From Candidatus Saccharimonadales bacterium (GTDB lineage Bacteria; Patescibacteriota; Saccharimonadia; Saccharimonadales; Saccharimonadaceae): 64,000 bases of DNA. Shown here piece by piece: positions 55,878-64,000 of this stretch. A program made the position numbers and the translations under genes. Within the stretch, counting starts at the first letter, position 1. Each line of letters starts with the position of its first letter. The stretch spans positions 197,486 to 261,485 of the forward strand of contig DASWYA010000001.1 of the NCBI GenBank assembly GCA_036405235.1, given 5' to 3'. The notes under the pieces were generated by a model. It searched no databases, was not told where the DNA came from, and saw nothing but the letters and a program-made list of their open reading frames with translations.

Positions 55878-56465
55878 TTATTGAATAGCTATTGATCCAG
55901 GCCGTGTTGGACGCTGCTTATGTGATGAGATGTCGCTTCTTGGCGCTGAAAGCCTTTTTAGGACAACTTTTGCTTGAGTTGCGTAGGTATGTTTACCACT
56001 AATTACGAGAGGCTTCTCTTGGGCATGTGGCGGACTGAACTTGCGGATTGAGGCATCTACCTCTGCAGGATCTTGCTTGTCTCGCACGAGACGTGCCCGA
56101 GCTGTATCTTGGTCGGTCTGCACCCAGATGAGGAGTGGTGTATAGCCCTGCTCTTGAAGGTGTTTTGCAAACTCTGCACGTTCCGCTCGCGTGCCTCCGG
56201 TAGTTTCAATGACGATTGACTGCTTTGTCTTGAGGATTTCGTCTATAAAGTGTTTTGTCAGCTTTGATGCGTTCTCGTTGTCGCTTGTATGCTGAGATAT
56301 GACGCTTGCTTCAACAAACGGTGCACTGAATGTTTCTGAGAATTTTTTAGCAAAGAAGGTTTTGCCACTGCCAGGGATGCCGACCATTATGAGGGCATGA
56401 GGTTTAGAAAGGCTAAGTGATTTCATATAGACAAGTATATCAAAAAGTGCTCTGGAGAGCGACAT
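55878..56465 (-). CDS. P-loop kinase-like ATPase (zeta-toxin/PNK-like AAA family)
   Basis: The 195-aa product has Walker A GIPGSGKTFFAKKF. Its stop lies 1 nt before the DUF45 gene's start. Confidence 0.6.
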   Translation of the reverse strand: MSLSRALFDILVYMKSLSLSKPHALIMVGIPGSGKTFFAKKFSETFSAPFVEASVISQHTSDNENASKLTKHFIDEILKTKQSIVIETTGGTRAERAEFAKHLQEQGYTPLLIWVQTDQDTARARLVRDKQDPAEVDASIRKFSPPHAQEKPLVISGKHTYATQAKVVLKRLSAPRSDISSHKQRPTRPGSIAIQ

Positions 56466-56470
56466 CTACC

Positions 56471-57130
56471 CTATGATACTGAGTCGCTTCCAAGCTCAAG
56501 AAGTGTCTCGATTAACTCTTGTCGTGATAGCTGTCCGGTCTCGATAGCGTCATGCTGAGCGATAAAATACCCTTGGATCAGCTGTTTCATATAGAGAGCG
56601 TCTTTGCGCCAAAAATAGTTTATCTCAAAGTGGTCCGTTGAATTCATTACACGTGATGATATAGTCAATGAGCCGAATAACGGTCCTACGCTACAAGCGA
56701 CATTTAGGATGTCTTCTATTCGGATGCTGATGACTTGTGCTGACCAGAAAAAAGTGCGCTTATGGATCGTTATTTTTGTGCGATCAACGGTTATGGTGTC
56801 GGGGAAAAGGTTGACGGGTAAAATGACCGTTCGTACACTTGCCAGCACTTCGTGGGATCTTCGGACTAGAGAGCGAATATCACTTCTTTCGTCGGTTTTT
56901 TGCTTAAGGCGCTTTCCGAAAAGTATTGTGTCTGGATTGCTTGGGTTGAGTGTAGTGACATCCTTTTTCAGGAATTCCTTTGTGATGTCATATGTTCGGG
57001 TAGCTAATCCGCCCATTTTTCGGCTTTGGCGTATGAGTAATTCGTAGGGATTTGACTTTACGGGCGATTCTTGCGGACTAGCAGGAGAATCGACTGAGAT
57101 AGTCGGCGGCAATGACTCTTCATCGTTCAT
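56471..57130 (-). CDS. Hypothetical protein, possibly a bacterial PH-like domain
   Basis: The 219-aa product contains ITVDRTKITIHKRTFFWSAQVISIRIEDILNV, which resembles bPH/YdbT-type domains. This is a weak call. Confidence 0.4.
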   Translation of the reverse strand: MNDEESLPPTISVDSPASPQESPVKSNPYELLIRQSRKMGGLATRTYDITKEFLKKDVTTLNPSNPDTILFGKRLKQKTDERSDIRSLVRRSHEVLASVRTVILPVNLFPDTITVDRTKITIHKRTFFWSAQVISIRIEDILNVACSVGPLFGSLTISSRVMNSTDHFEINYFWRKDALYMKQLIQGYFIAQHDAIETGQLSRQELIETLLELGSDSVS

Positions 57131-57244
57131 GGCGTACCTCCGTTAGGATATTTCTATTATATCAAAAAATGATAAATACAACTAGCTGGCGGATATTGCA
57201 CTCTTTTCTCTTAACCTCTCGCTGACTATCTAGCCCTAACAAAG

Positions 57245-57285
57245 CAAAAAGTCGACACTGTGTCGACTTCATACTGTGGCAGGGG
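57245..57285. repeat. 41-nt direct repeat copy 1 (terminator hairpin plus the last 9 nt of tRNA-Trp)
   Basis: caaaaagtcgacactgtgtcgacttcatactgtggcagggg compares with copy 2 at 57940-57980, caaaaagtcgacgtattgtcgacttcatattctggcagggg (35/41 identical; stems conserved, loops diverged). Confidence 0.85.
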
Positions 57286-57347
57286 CTTAAGGGTGATTAT
57301 AGAACCTATTGTGTTATAGCTTGTTTTTCGCCCAAACTATTAACAAG

Positions 57348-57890
57348 TTAGAGCTCCCGAATGCCTGATACATGCTTCTTGCCCAAGTCTTTCAAATGGG
57401 ATGCTGCAGTGACAATGGCAATTCCTGACGCTAAGGCGCCCGTAATATGGGTAGCTTTGCGATTCCCGGAGCTTGCAGCTAAAGCAAAGGTTGCTGTCGC
57501 AAGATTTGTCGCCTTTTGGTTTAATCTGCCTTTTGTGACTTCGCCCGCGATAGCAAGATGTGCGCTATTAAGGACACCGACAAGCGCTGCACGCGTGGCT
57601 AGCACTCCGATGTACGATCTTGATTCAGGATTCTTTTTCCATATTTCATACGACACCCGTGCGACAGACATATGGTCAACTACGCCATCCGCAACTCGTC
57701 GTACGGGCGTGTCCCTATCAAAACTACGTAGAATAGCTCCATCGGCGATGTCTGCAGCGATAAAGCCAATCATGCCAAGCCCTATAGGCTCATTATTACG
57801 GATCTTATCGGCCATATTCTCAGCTAATTGGTATCGTGCTGCGGTAAGAGCAAGGCCTGGGATTTCACTGATAAAGTTCGCATCACTCAT
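57348..57890 (-). CDS. Hypothetical membrane-associated protein with a partial CDP-alcohol phosphatidyltransferase-like motif
   Basis: The 180-aa product contains ADIADGAILRSFDRDTPVRRVADGVVDH, which loosely fits D-x2-DG-x2-AR...G-x3-D-x3-D. It is the only gene between the two 41-nt repeats. Confidence 0.45.
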   Translation of the reverse strand: MSDANFISEIPGLALTAARYQLAENMADKIRNNEPIGLGMIGFIAADIADGAILRSFDRDTPVRRVADGVVDHMSVARVSYEIWKKNPESRSYIGVLATRAALVGVLNSAHLAIAGEVTKGRLNQKATNLATATFALAASSGNRKATHITGALASGIAIVTAASHLKDLGKKHVSGIREL

Positions 57891-57939
57891 TAACTACATA
57901 TCTTACGTAAAAACATTAGCGATAGAAAGCATGAGCAAA

Positions 57940-57971
57940 CAAAAAGTCGACGTATTGTCGACTTCATATTC
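57940..57971 (-). terminator. Terminator hairpin immediately 3' of tRNA-Trp (part of repeat copy 2)
   Basis: On the minus strand, GUCGAC-AAUAC-GUCGAC is followed by UUUUUG. Confidence 0.7.
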
Positions 57972-58046
57972 TGGCAGGGGTACTAGGAATCGAACCTAGG
58001 TCGTCGGTTTTGGAGACCGATATACTAACCGCTGTACTATACCCCT
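57972..58046 (-). tRNA. tRNA-Trp (anticodon CCA), CCA encoded
   Basis: The minus strand reads AGGGGUA UA GUACAGCGGUUAGUAU A UCGGU CUCCAAA ACCGA CGAC CUAGG UUCGAUU CCUAG UACCCCU G CCA. Confidence 0.93.
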
Positions 58047-58109
58047 TCGCAGTAATTCATTGTATCAAACGCCTCTTGAAATCGCTATATTTTTCGAATA
58101 AATCAATGG

Positions 58110-58139
58110 TTGACGAGAAGCATAAGCGCCTCTTATAAT
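58110..58139 (+). promoter_or_regulatory. Sigma70-type promoter of the alpha-glucan operon
   Basis: TTGACG (58110-58115), an 18-nt spacer and TATAAT (58134-58139). This leaves a 5' UTR of about 60 nt before the ATG at 58208. Confidence 0.45.
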
Positions 58140-58207
58140 AGCCATAGATATAAAACAGTGAGGAGTAAGGAGCCGGCTGCCTCCGCGGTGGGATCGATAA
58201 CGGACGG

Positions 58208-59416
58208 ATGAATATACTGATGCTTGGCTGGGAGCTACCACCGCATAATAGCGGCGGTCTTGGTGTGGCTTGCTATCATATGTCGAAAGCTCTAGCTACT
58301 GCTGGTGCCTCGATTGACTTTGTTGTTCCCTATACTGCTGAACATCCTGAGATTACACATATGCGCGTACATGCAGCGACTCCGGTGGAGCCACTTGCCC
58401 GCCTTGGGCTTGGTGTGTATGATTCTTCTGCGTTTGAATCTGACAGTGCTCATATGGGGCTTGATACCCTCAGAGGTGTACAGAAACAGTATGGTAAATA
58501 TGTTGAAAAGCTTGTCGAAGGTAGTTCGTATGATGCCATTCATGCTCACGATTGGCTGACAATGGAAGCGGGCATTCGTGCAAAAGAACTAACAGGCGCA
58601 CCCCTTATAGTACATGTGCATGCGACAGAATTCGACCGCGCTGGATCAGAGTACGGTAATCCAATTGTGCACGAGATTGAAGAACAAGGCCTTCTTATGG
58701 CAGACCGTATCATCGCGGTAAGCAATATTACAAAAAGTATTATCATAAAACGCTATGGCATACCGGCTGAAAAGATTGAGGTTATCCATAATGCACTTGA
58801 CGTAGAAAGCTTGGCGAATCATACATATGATAAGCGCTCGTATCGCTACCTCGAAGAGCTAAAGAAGCAAGGCTACACAGTTGCAGCTACGATTACGCGA
58901 TTTACTGTTCAAAAGGGTTTGATCCACTTCATGAAAGCTGCTGCCAGAGCTTCTGAGCGATATGACAAGCTGGTGTTTTTACTTGCTGGCGACGGTGAGC
59001 AGCGTGATGAGCTTCTGAGGCTCTCTGCGGATCTTGGTATTGCCGATAAAGTGTTTTTCACCGGCTTTGTCAGAGGTAAGCAATGGCGAGACGCATTTGA
59101 AGTGGCAGACATCTTCGTCATGAGCTCGGTGTCGGAACCATTCGGGCTGACGGCGCTTGAAGCCGCCTACCACAACAATGCTGTCATTCTTACGAATCAG
59201 TCAGGTGTTGGAGAGGTGCTCTCAAACGTGTATCGTTATGATTTTTGGGACATAGATGCACTAGCAGATCGATTAGTAGCAATTGCCAGCTCGCACGCGC
59301 TCAAAGATACACTGAGAGAAAATGTCGCCTATGAATACAGTAAGATCAGCTGGCATACGGTCGCAGAGAAGTGCTTTGATCTATATCACTCTCTTCGAGT
59401 ACGGAGTACGGCATGA
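58208..59416 (+). CDS. GT4-family glycosyltransferase, glycogen/alpha-glucan synthase-like
   Basis: The 402-aa product starts MNILMLGWELPPHNSGGLGVA and has the EPFGLTALEA (E-x7-E) motif. Confidence 0.75.
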   Translation: MNILMLGWELPPHNSGGLGVACYHMSKALATAGASIDFVVPYTAEHPEITHMRVHAATPVEPLARLGLGVYDSSAFESDSAHMGLDTLRGVQKQYGKYVEKLVEGSSYDAIHAHDWLTMEAGIRAKELTGAPLIVHVHATEFDRAGSEYGNPIVHEIEEQGLLMADRIIAVSNITKSIIIKRYGIPAEKIEVIHNALDVESLANHTYDKRSYRYLEELKKQGYTVAATITRFTVQKGLIHFMKAAARASERYDKLVFLLAGDGEQRDELLRLSADLGIADKVFFTGFVRGKQWRDAFEVADIFVMSSVSEPFGLTALEAAYHNNAVILTNQSGVGEVLSNVYRYDFWDIDALADRLVAIASSHALKDTLRENVAYEYSKISWHTVAEKCFDLYHSLRVRSTA

Positions 59417-60636
59417 GTAAAAAAGGCATAGTACTTTACATGCACGTGCATCAACCGTGGCGTGTAAAGCCGTATTCGGTGTTTCATGTCGGGAGTGATC
59501 ATCAGTACTTTGATAGTACTGATCCAGATATGGATAACCGTGTTATTTTAGAGAAAGTTGCTGAAAAATCGTATCGTCCGATGAATGCGCTACTTGAGAA
59601 GCTTTTGGCTGAACATCCTGACTTCAAAGTATCACTTAGCCTTACTGGGACTTTCCTAGAGCAGGCAGAAGCCTGGGCGCCTGATGTCGTAGAAAGTTTC
59701 AAGCGTCTTGTGCAGACAGGCCGCGTGGAGATCGTGGCTGAAACGTATGAGCACAGCCTGGCGTTCTTCTATAGTCGCACGGAATTTGAAGCGCAAGTGG
59801 CTGAACACCAGCGGAAGATCCAAGATCTCTTTGGTGTTACGCCTCAGGTATTCCGTAACACGGAACTTGCCTACAATGATGAGCTGGGAGCGTGGGCTGA
59901 CAATGCAGGTTACAAAGCAGTGCTTGCAGAAGGATGGGATCCGGTTCTTGGCTGGCGCAGCCCTAACTTTGTATATCGACCACCGGGCGCGCAGCACACT
60001 AAATTACTCCTCAAAAATTATAAATTGAGCGATGATGTAGCATTTCGTTTTAGCGATAAAGGTTGGAGCGAGCATCCGTTGAGTGCCGAGAGCTACAACG
60101 AATGGGCAAAAGCAGCGACAGACGACGGGCAGATTCTGAATCTATTTATGGACTATGAGACATTTGGTGAACATCAATGGGCAGAGACTGGAATATTTGA
60201 TTTCTTTGAGCACTTTGTTGGCAAGTGGCTTGAAGGTGGTGAGCGTACGTTCTATACGGTTTCAGAGACGGCAGATAATTTTGAGGCTGTTGATGAAGTA
60301 AGTATGCCTCATACAGTAACATGGGCGGACACTGAACGAGATCTTACAGCTTGGCTTGGCAATTCAATGCAGCATGAGATCATGCGCTATCTTTACGATT
60401 TGGAGTCAAGTGTTCTGCACTCAGGGGACAAAGATCTCATACATGACTGGCGTAAGCTGCAGACCTCTGATCATGCATATTATATGTGTACTAAATGGTT
60501 TAGAGACGGTGATGTTCACGCCTACTTTAGTCCGTACAAATCACCGTACGATGCATTTTTATTCTATATGAATGCAATTCGTGATCTAAGGTATAGAGTG
60601 ATGGCAGACGAAAGGATCGGAGGCAGTCATGGCTAG
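59413..60636 (+). CDS. Glycoside hydrolase family 57 protein
   Basis: The 407-aa product contains YMHVHQPWR and a TFGEHQW region typical of GH57. It has a 4-nt overlap with the upstream gene. Confidence 0.78.
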   Translation: MSKKGIVLYMHVHQPWRVKPYSVFHVGSDHQYFDSTDPDMDNRVILEKVAEKSYRPMNALLEKLLAEHPDFKVSLSLTGTFLEQAEAWAPDVVESFKRLVQTGRVEIVAETYEHSLAFFYSRTEFEAQVAEHQRKIQDLFGVTPQVFRNTELAYNDELGAWADNAGYKAVLAEGWDPVLGWRSPNFVYRPPGAQHTKLLLKNYKLSDDVAFRFSDKGWSEHPLSAESYNEWAKAATDDGQILNLFMDYETFGEHQWAETGIFDFFEHFVGKWLEGGERTFYTVSETADNFEAVDEVSMPHTVTWADTERDLTAWLGNSMQHEIMRYLYDLESSVLHSGDKDLIHDWRKLQTSDHAYYMCTKWFRDGDVHAYFSPYKSPYDAFLFYMNAIRDLRYRVMADERIGGSHG

Positions 60637-62575
60637 GCAGATAGTGTTAAGCAATGGTGAGCTGCATGTCGGTATCAATAACTTTGGTCTGGTACATGAT
60701 TTTTATTTCCCTCATGTAGGGCTTGAGAATCACGCGGCAGGTAAAGATTTACGCCATAAGGTTGGCGTATGGATTGATGGCGTTCATAGCTGGCTTGATG
60801 ACGGTTCTTGGGAGTTCCGCTTCCGAACATCTACGGAAGCGCTTATGGGTCACACAAGGGCGAAGCATGCTGGACTTGGGATAATTCTAGAGTTTGATGA
60901 TTTTGTGGATGCTGAGAAAAATCTTTTCCTGAGGAACATTCATGTCGTCAATCTCAAGGACCAGCCAAGACAGGTGCGACTCTTCTTGCATCAGGCATTT
61001 GTGATTGGCGATTCTCGTAGCAATACAGATACTGCGCAGTATTTGCCAAATAGTGACTCTATCGTGCATTACAGGGGGCGTCGAGTCTTTATCGTTGGCG
61101 GCAAAGATGAATACAATAAACCATTTGACCAGCGAAGTATCGGCCTGTTTGGCATCGAAGGACGTGAAGGTACGTTTCGAGATGCCGAAGATGGAGAGCT
61201 TGAAAATGGTACAGTTGAGCACGGCCGCGTAGACTCAACTCTTAGATTCTCTATTCAGCTTGAGGCGCACAATTCACGTCGTGTTCACTATTGGATCGCA
61301 GCTGGTCATACGATGCGGCAAGCACTGACACTTCACAAATACATGCATGAGAATGAGCGCAACTTAGACCTCAGACAAGAGGCAACGGTCGAATGGTGGC
61401 ATAAATGGCTTGAGCCAACGGTGAGGGCATCCGATAAGCTGCCGAAGGAACGACGCGAGCTTTTCATAAAAAGCGCCATGATCATAAAGTCGCACATCGA
61501 CAAGAACGGTGCGATTATCGCTAGCACGGACACAGCGATGCTCAATTATTCCAGAGATGCATATGGGTACTGTTGGCCTCGCGATGGAGCCTACGCGTTG
61601 TGGCCGCTGATACGACTCGGCTACGTCCATGAGCCTGTCAACTTTTTCCTCTTCATGCTTAGTTCGCTTCATACCCGTGGCTACCTGATGCATAAATATA
61701 GGGCGGATGGAGCTGTTGGCTCAAGTTGGCATCCGTACACTCACGGTTCAATAGTCGCACCTCCTATACAGGAAGATGAGACGGCACTTGTGCTCTTTAT
61801 GTATGCGCAATTTTACGATGCCAACCCAAGTGCTGCGATATTAAACGAATTTTACTCGCCGTTTGTGAAGCCTATGGCTGAATTCTTGAGCTTGTCAGTG
61901 AATGACATGACTGGACTACCTAATCCAAGCTACGATCTCTGGGAAGAAAAGTTCCTCACGACTACCTACACTACTGCTGTAGTGCATGCGGCACTTCTTG
62001 CGGCTGCCGATCTTGCTGATGTCAGAAAAGACGCCGCATCAGCCGTTAAGTGGCGCTCAGCTGCTGAGGCAATTGCCTCACACGCAAAGAAATACCTTTA
62101 CGATGAGGAGCGTGGTATCTTCAGAAAAGGAATTTTGGCTCATGATGAAGTTGTCGACAACGACAATACTATTGATGCCTCAAGCTTCTATGGGTCATTT
62201 ATGTTTGGGCTTTTTGACAGTAGTGGTGATGAACTGAAGCGAATGTTTGATGCTATGACAAATACGATTAGGGTTAGCGGCATCGGTATGCAACGTTATG
62301 AGAATGATTCTTATAGGCGAAAATCTGATTATGCTCCAAGTAACCCTTGGCTAATCACTTCCCTCTGGCAAGCCCAATACTATTTTGAAACTGGTCGCCC
62401 GGATGAGGCGAAAGAGGTTGTCGACTGGGTTCAAAGAGCAGCTTCAAGTACCGGTATGCTTTCGGAGCAGGTGGATCCAGATGATAACAGCCAGGTATCT
62501 GTAGCGCCTCTAGTGTGGAGCCACGCTGAGTTTATGGCGACAATGCTTGATAGTGTGTCTGGAGATGAGCAGTGA
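60629..62575 (+). CDS. Glycoside hydrolase family 15 (glucoamylase/glucodextranase-like)
   Basis: The 648-aa product contains YGYCWPRDGAY, the LWEE catalytic region and WSHAEF. It has an 8-nt overlap with the upstream gene. Confidence 0.8.
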   Translation: MARQIVLSNGELHVGINNFGLVHDFYFPHVGLENHAAGKDLRHKVGVWIDGVHSWLDDGSWEFRFRTSTEALMGHTRAKHAGLGIILEFDDFVDAEKNLFLRNIHVVNLKDQPRQVRLFLHQAFVIGDSRSNTDTAQYLPNSDSIVHYRGRRVFIVGGKDEYNKPFDQRSIGLFGIEGREGTFRDAEDGELENGTVEHGRVDSTLRFSIQLEAHNSRRVHYWIAAGHTMRQALTLHKYMHENERNLDLRQEATVEWWHKWLEPTVRASDKLPKERRELFIKSAMIIKSHIDKNGAIIASTDTAMLNYSRDAYGYCWPRDGAYALWPLIRLGYVHEPVNFFLFMLSSLHTRGYLMHKYRADGAVGSSWHPYTHGSIVAPPIQEDETALVLFMYAQFYDANPSAAILNEFYSPFVKPMAEFLSLSVNDMTGLPNPSYDLWEEKFLTTTYTTAVVHAALLAAADLADVRKDAASAVKWRSAAEAIASHAKKYLYDEERGIFRKGILAHDEVVDNDNTIDASSFYGSFMFGLFDSSGDELKRMFDAMTNTIRVSGIGMQRYENDSYRRKSDYAPSNPWLITSLWQAQYYFETGRPDEAKEVVDWVQRAASSTGMLSEQVDPDDNSQVSVAPLVWSHAEFMATMLDSVSGDEQ

Positions 62576-63273
62576 GGCGCCTCGTAAAACGCATCTCTCA
62601 TCATCTATCTCCTAAACGGCTAGTTCATAAACGAAAAACAAAAGGCATCGTCCAAGATTTTGCTAAGAAATTTGGCCTCGTGTATTTTGGCGGTGTGTCT
62701 AGGAGTGACGAAGAATACCGAATAGTACGGGGCCTTACGGTTTCGAATCAACATAATGATCTACATTACTGCGTTGGTACATACGAAGGTTACGATGTTA
62801 GCTTTGTCGAGCGCTCTGATATGCTGAAAAAAGCTGGTGCTACGCAAGTAAGAGCACACAGATGGCATATTCTGGAATTTGATCTACTCGAAGCAAAAGG
62901 ATTGCCGCATGTGTTTGTAGGCATGCATAGCAATAGTGAGTCTTTCTATCTTCAGCTTTTTAATAAGTTTCCTCACTTGAGATCTGTCACCTTAGGTATG
63001 CTTGGGGCGCACAAGTCTGAATTTTTACATAAGTATCGCGTATATACCTCTCCGAGTGACTTGCTTGATGTAGAGGCTCTACTGTCGCCTCTTGTGACCG
63101 AGATGGTCTCAAAACATTTTGGAAGCCTGGCTATTGAAATAGTAGATGCATCTTTGTATGTGTATTCGGAGAACACGCATCTTAGCGCAGCACTTCTTGA
63201 GGCTATGCTCAAAAATGGCAATTGGTTGGCAAATCATATAGATGTGACAGCTCAAAAGCTAGTTAACGGCTAA
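62572..63273 (+). CDS. Hypothetical protein resembling the C-terminal region of the 7141-8553 product (DUF3137-like)
   Basis: The 233-aa ORF has a 4-nt overlap with the GH15 gene. The shared pattern is FA..xGxxYF...VxGTYxGxxVxF...YxVYTxxxD...LLxP...IExxDxxxYxY. Confidence 0.45.
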   Translation: MRRLVKRISHHLSPKRLVHKRKTKGIVQDFAKKFGLVYFGGVSRSDEEYRIVRGLTVSNQHNDLHYCVGTYEGYDVSFVERSDMLKKAGATQVRAHRWHILEFDLLEAKGLPHVFVGMHSNSESFYLQLFNKFPHLRSVTLGMLGAHKSEFLHKYRVYTSPSDLLDVEALLSPLVTEMVSKHFGSLAIEIVDASLYVYSENTHLSAALLEAMLKNGNWLANHIDVTAQKLVNG

Positions 63274-63320
63274 GCTTGCTGGGCGCTTAGCGTGAATTAA
63301 CGAGAGTATTTAATTTAGCC

Positions 63321-63352
63321 TGGAAAACAAACAGAGGGGCTTTCGCCCCTCT
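63321..63352 (-). terminator. Rho-independent terminator after rpmG
   Basis: On the minus strand, AGAGGGGC-GAAA-GCCCCUCU is followed by GUUUGUUUUCC. It sits between convergent genes. Confidence 0.7.
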
Positions 63353-63358
63353 TCGTGA

Positions 63359-63577
63359 TTATCCCTTGCGCGCTTTTACTTCGTTGCGGCCGAGATTCTT
63401 CTTTGTTTCCGTGTATACAGCGTGCTTGCGTGCGATAGGATCATACTTTTTAATGCTAAGTTTGCCCTTGCCGCTCATTTGCTGTTGCTGAGTATTGACG
63501 GTTGTATAGTAAGTACGGTGACCACTCAGTGAGCTCACTAAACCAACTAATTTACGCTTTGTATTCTTCTTTGCCAT
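63359..63577 (-). CDS. rpmG: 50S ribosomal protein L33 (Cys-less form, C-terminally extended)
   Basis: The 72-aa product MAKKNTKRKLVGLVSSLSGHRTYYTTVN...KLSIKKYDPIARKHAVYTETK follows the L33 pattern with the Zn-binding Cys residues replaced. Confidence 0.78.
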   Translation of the reverse strand: MAKKNTKRKLVGLVSSLSGHRTYYTTVNTQQQQMSGKGKLSIKKYDPIARKHAVYTETKKNLGRNEVKARKG

Positions 63578-63646
63578 AGATCTCTCTTAAAATTGTATTG
63601 TAACTTCGATCAATTATAACAAAGAAAAAAGGTTTTTTCAAGATGA

Positions 63647-63829
63647 TTACGCAACCTCGGTGTGATGTGGCTGAACAGCCAAGCTCTTTGTCGTGGGTGG
63701 CGTGAGCTTGACTACGTCAGCGACCTTCTGAGCGCCGAGTGCTCTAACTAGCTCTATTGCTTCATCCCGAATCTTAAGCCTCTCCTCACTTAGTTTGCGA
63801 GGGTTATCTACTGAAACATCCGCTTCCAT
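63647..63829 (-). CDS. Hypothetical 60-aa ORF
   Basis: An ORF only, with no clear RBS. Confidence 0.25.
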   Translation of the reverse strand: MEADVSVDNPRKLSEERLKIRDEAIELVRALGAQKVADVVKLTPPTTKSLAVQPHHTEVA

Positions 63830-64000
63830 TTCTTTTCCTTATTTAAGAATTATGATTACCAAATCGAATAATACTCCCAGTTATTTCAGAATGCAACAGT
63901 TTTTGATAAAGTTCTTTAACTTAAAGTGCTTCGAAAGTGCCGCTATCGCAATTTAATCCAGAATCGTCTCTTTAATAGACCTTCGGGAGTTTCCAAGATA

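Noticed and set aside
57361-57999. A 212-aa plus-strand ORF overlapping the tRNA-Trp region was considered as a gene.
   Set aside because: It is antisense to the 180-aa minus-strand ORF and runs across a terminator hairpin and into the tRNA gene. It has no RBS and a low-complexity Ala/Arg/Ser composition.

Overview
This is a gene-dense 64-kb stretch of a bacterial chromosome that uses the standard genetic code; TGA, TAA and TAG all terminate recognisable conserved genes. Most of it is housekeeping. It contains the atpG 3' end with atpD and atpC, dus, and a 1093-aa UvrD-type helicase fused to a PD-(D/E)XK nuclease. It also has metK behind a SAM-I riboswitch, greA, one sensor kinase/response regulator pair plus a second, orphan sensor kinase, and tgt with yhhQ (queuosine salvage). 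Further on are cysS, nrnA, pyrE/pyrF/pyrD, recR with ybaB, dnaB and dnaX. The secE-nusG-rplK / rplA / rplJ-rplL cluster is present but fragmented. There is a dTTP module (tmk-dcd-folA-thyA), an OtsA-OtsB fusion and a GT4-GH57-GH15 alpha-glucan operon. The two tRNAs are tRNA-Gln(UUG) and tRNA-Trp(CCA). Two orphan type IV pilin-like genes, a BspA-type LRR surface protein, TM2/DUF2752 membrane proteins, frequent 1-20 nt gene overlaps and the overall repertoire suggest a small-genome Patescibacteria/CPR (Saccharibacteria-like) organism, but this is inference only. I recognised no rRNA, CRISPR array, transposase or integrase. The observations most worth a second look are listed here. (1) A promoter-to-terminator unit at about 3340-3857 on the minus strand encodes a GC-rich, pseudoknotted RNA of about 350-480 nt, and I could not assign it to RNase P, tmRNA, SRP or cobalamin classes. 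(2) Both tRNA genes have duplicated 3'-end segments; at tRNA-Trp the duplicates bracket a single-gene cassette, which looks like an att-site scar. (3) A HerA/FtsK-like ATPase is paired with a Cys/Ser-ladder repeat protein. (4) A -10 box sits 6-7 nt upstream of the ATG at many genes, suggesting leaderless mRNAs. (5) The ribosomal-protein/nusG cluster is interrupted by metabolic and membrane modules, and L1 carries a roughly 95-aa N-terminal extension. All calls come from reading the sequence and the ORF translations by eye; no database search was run.
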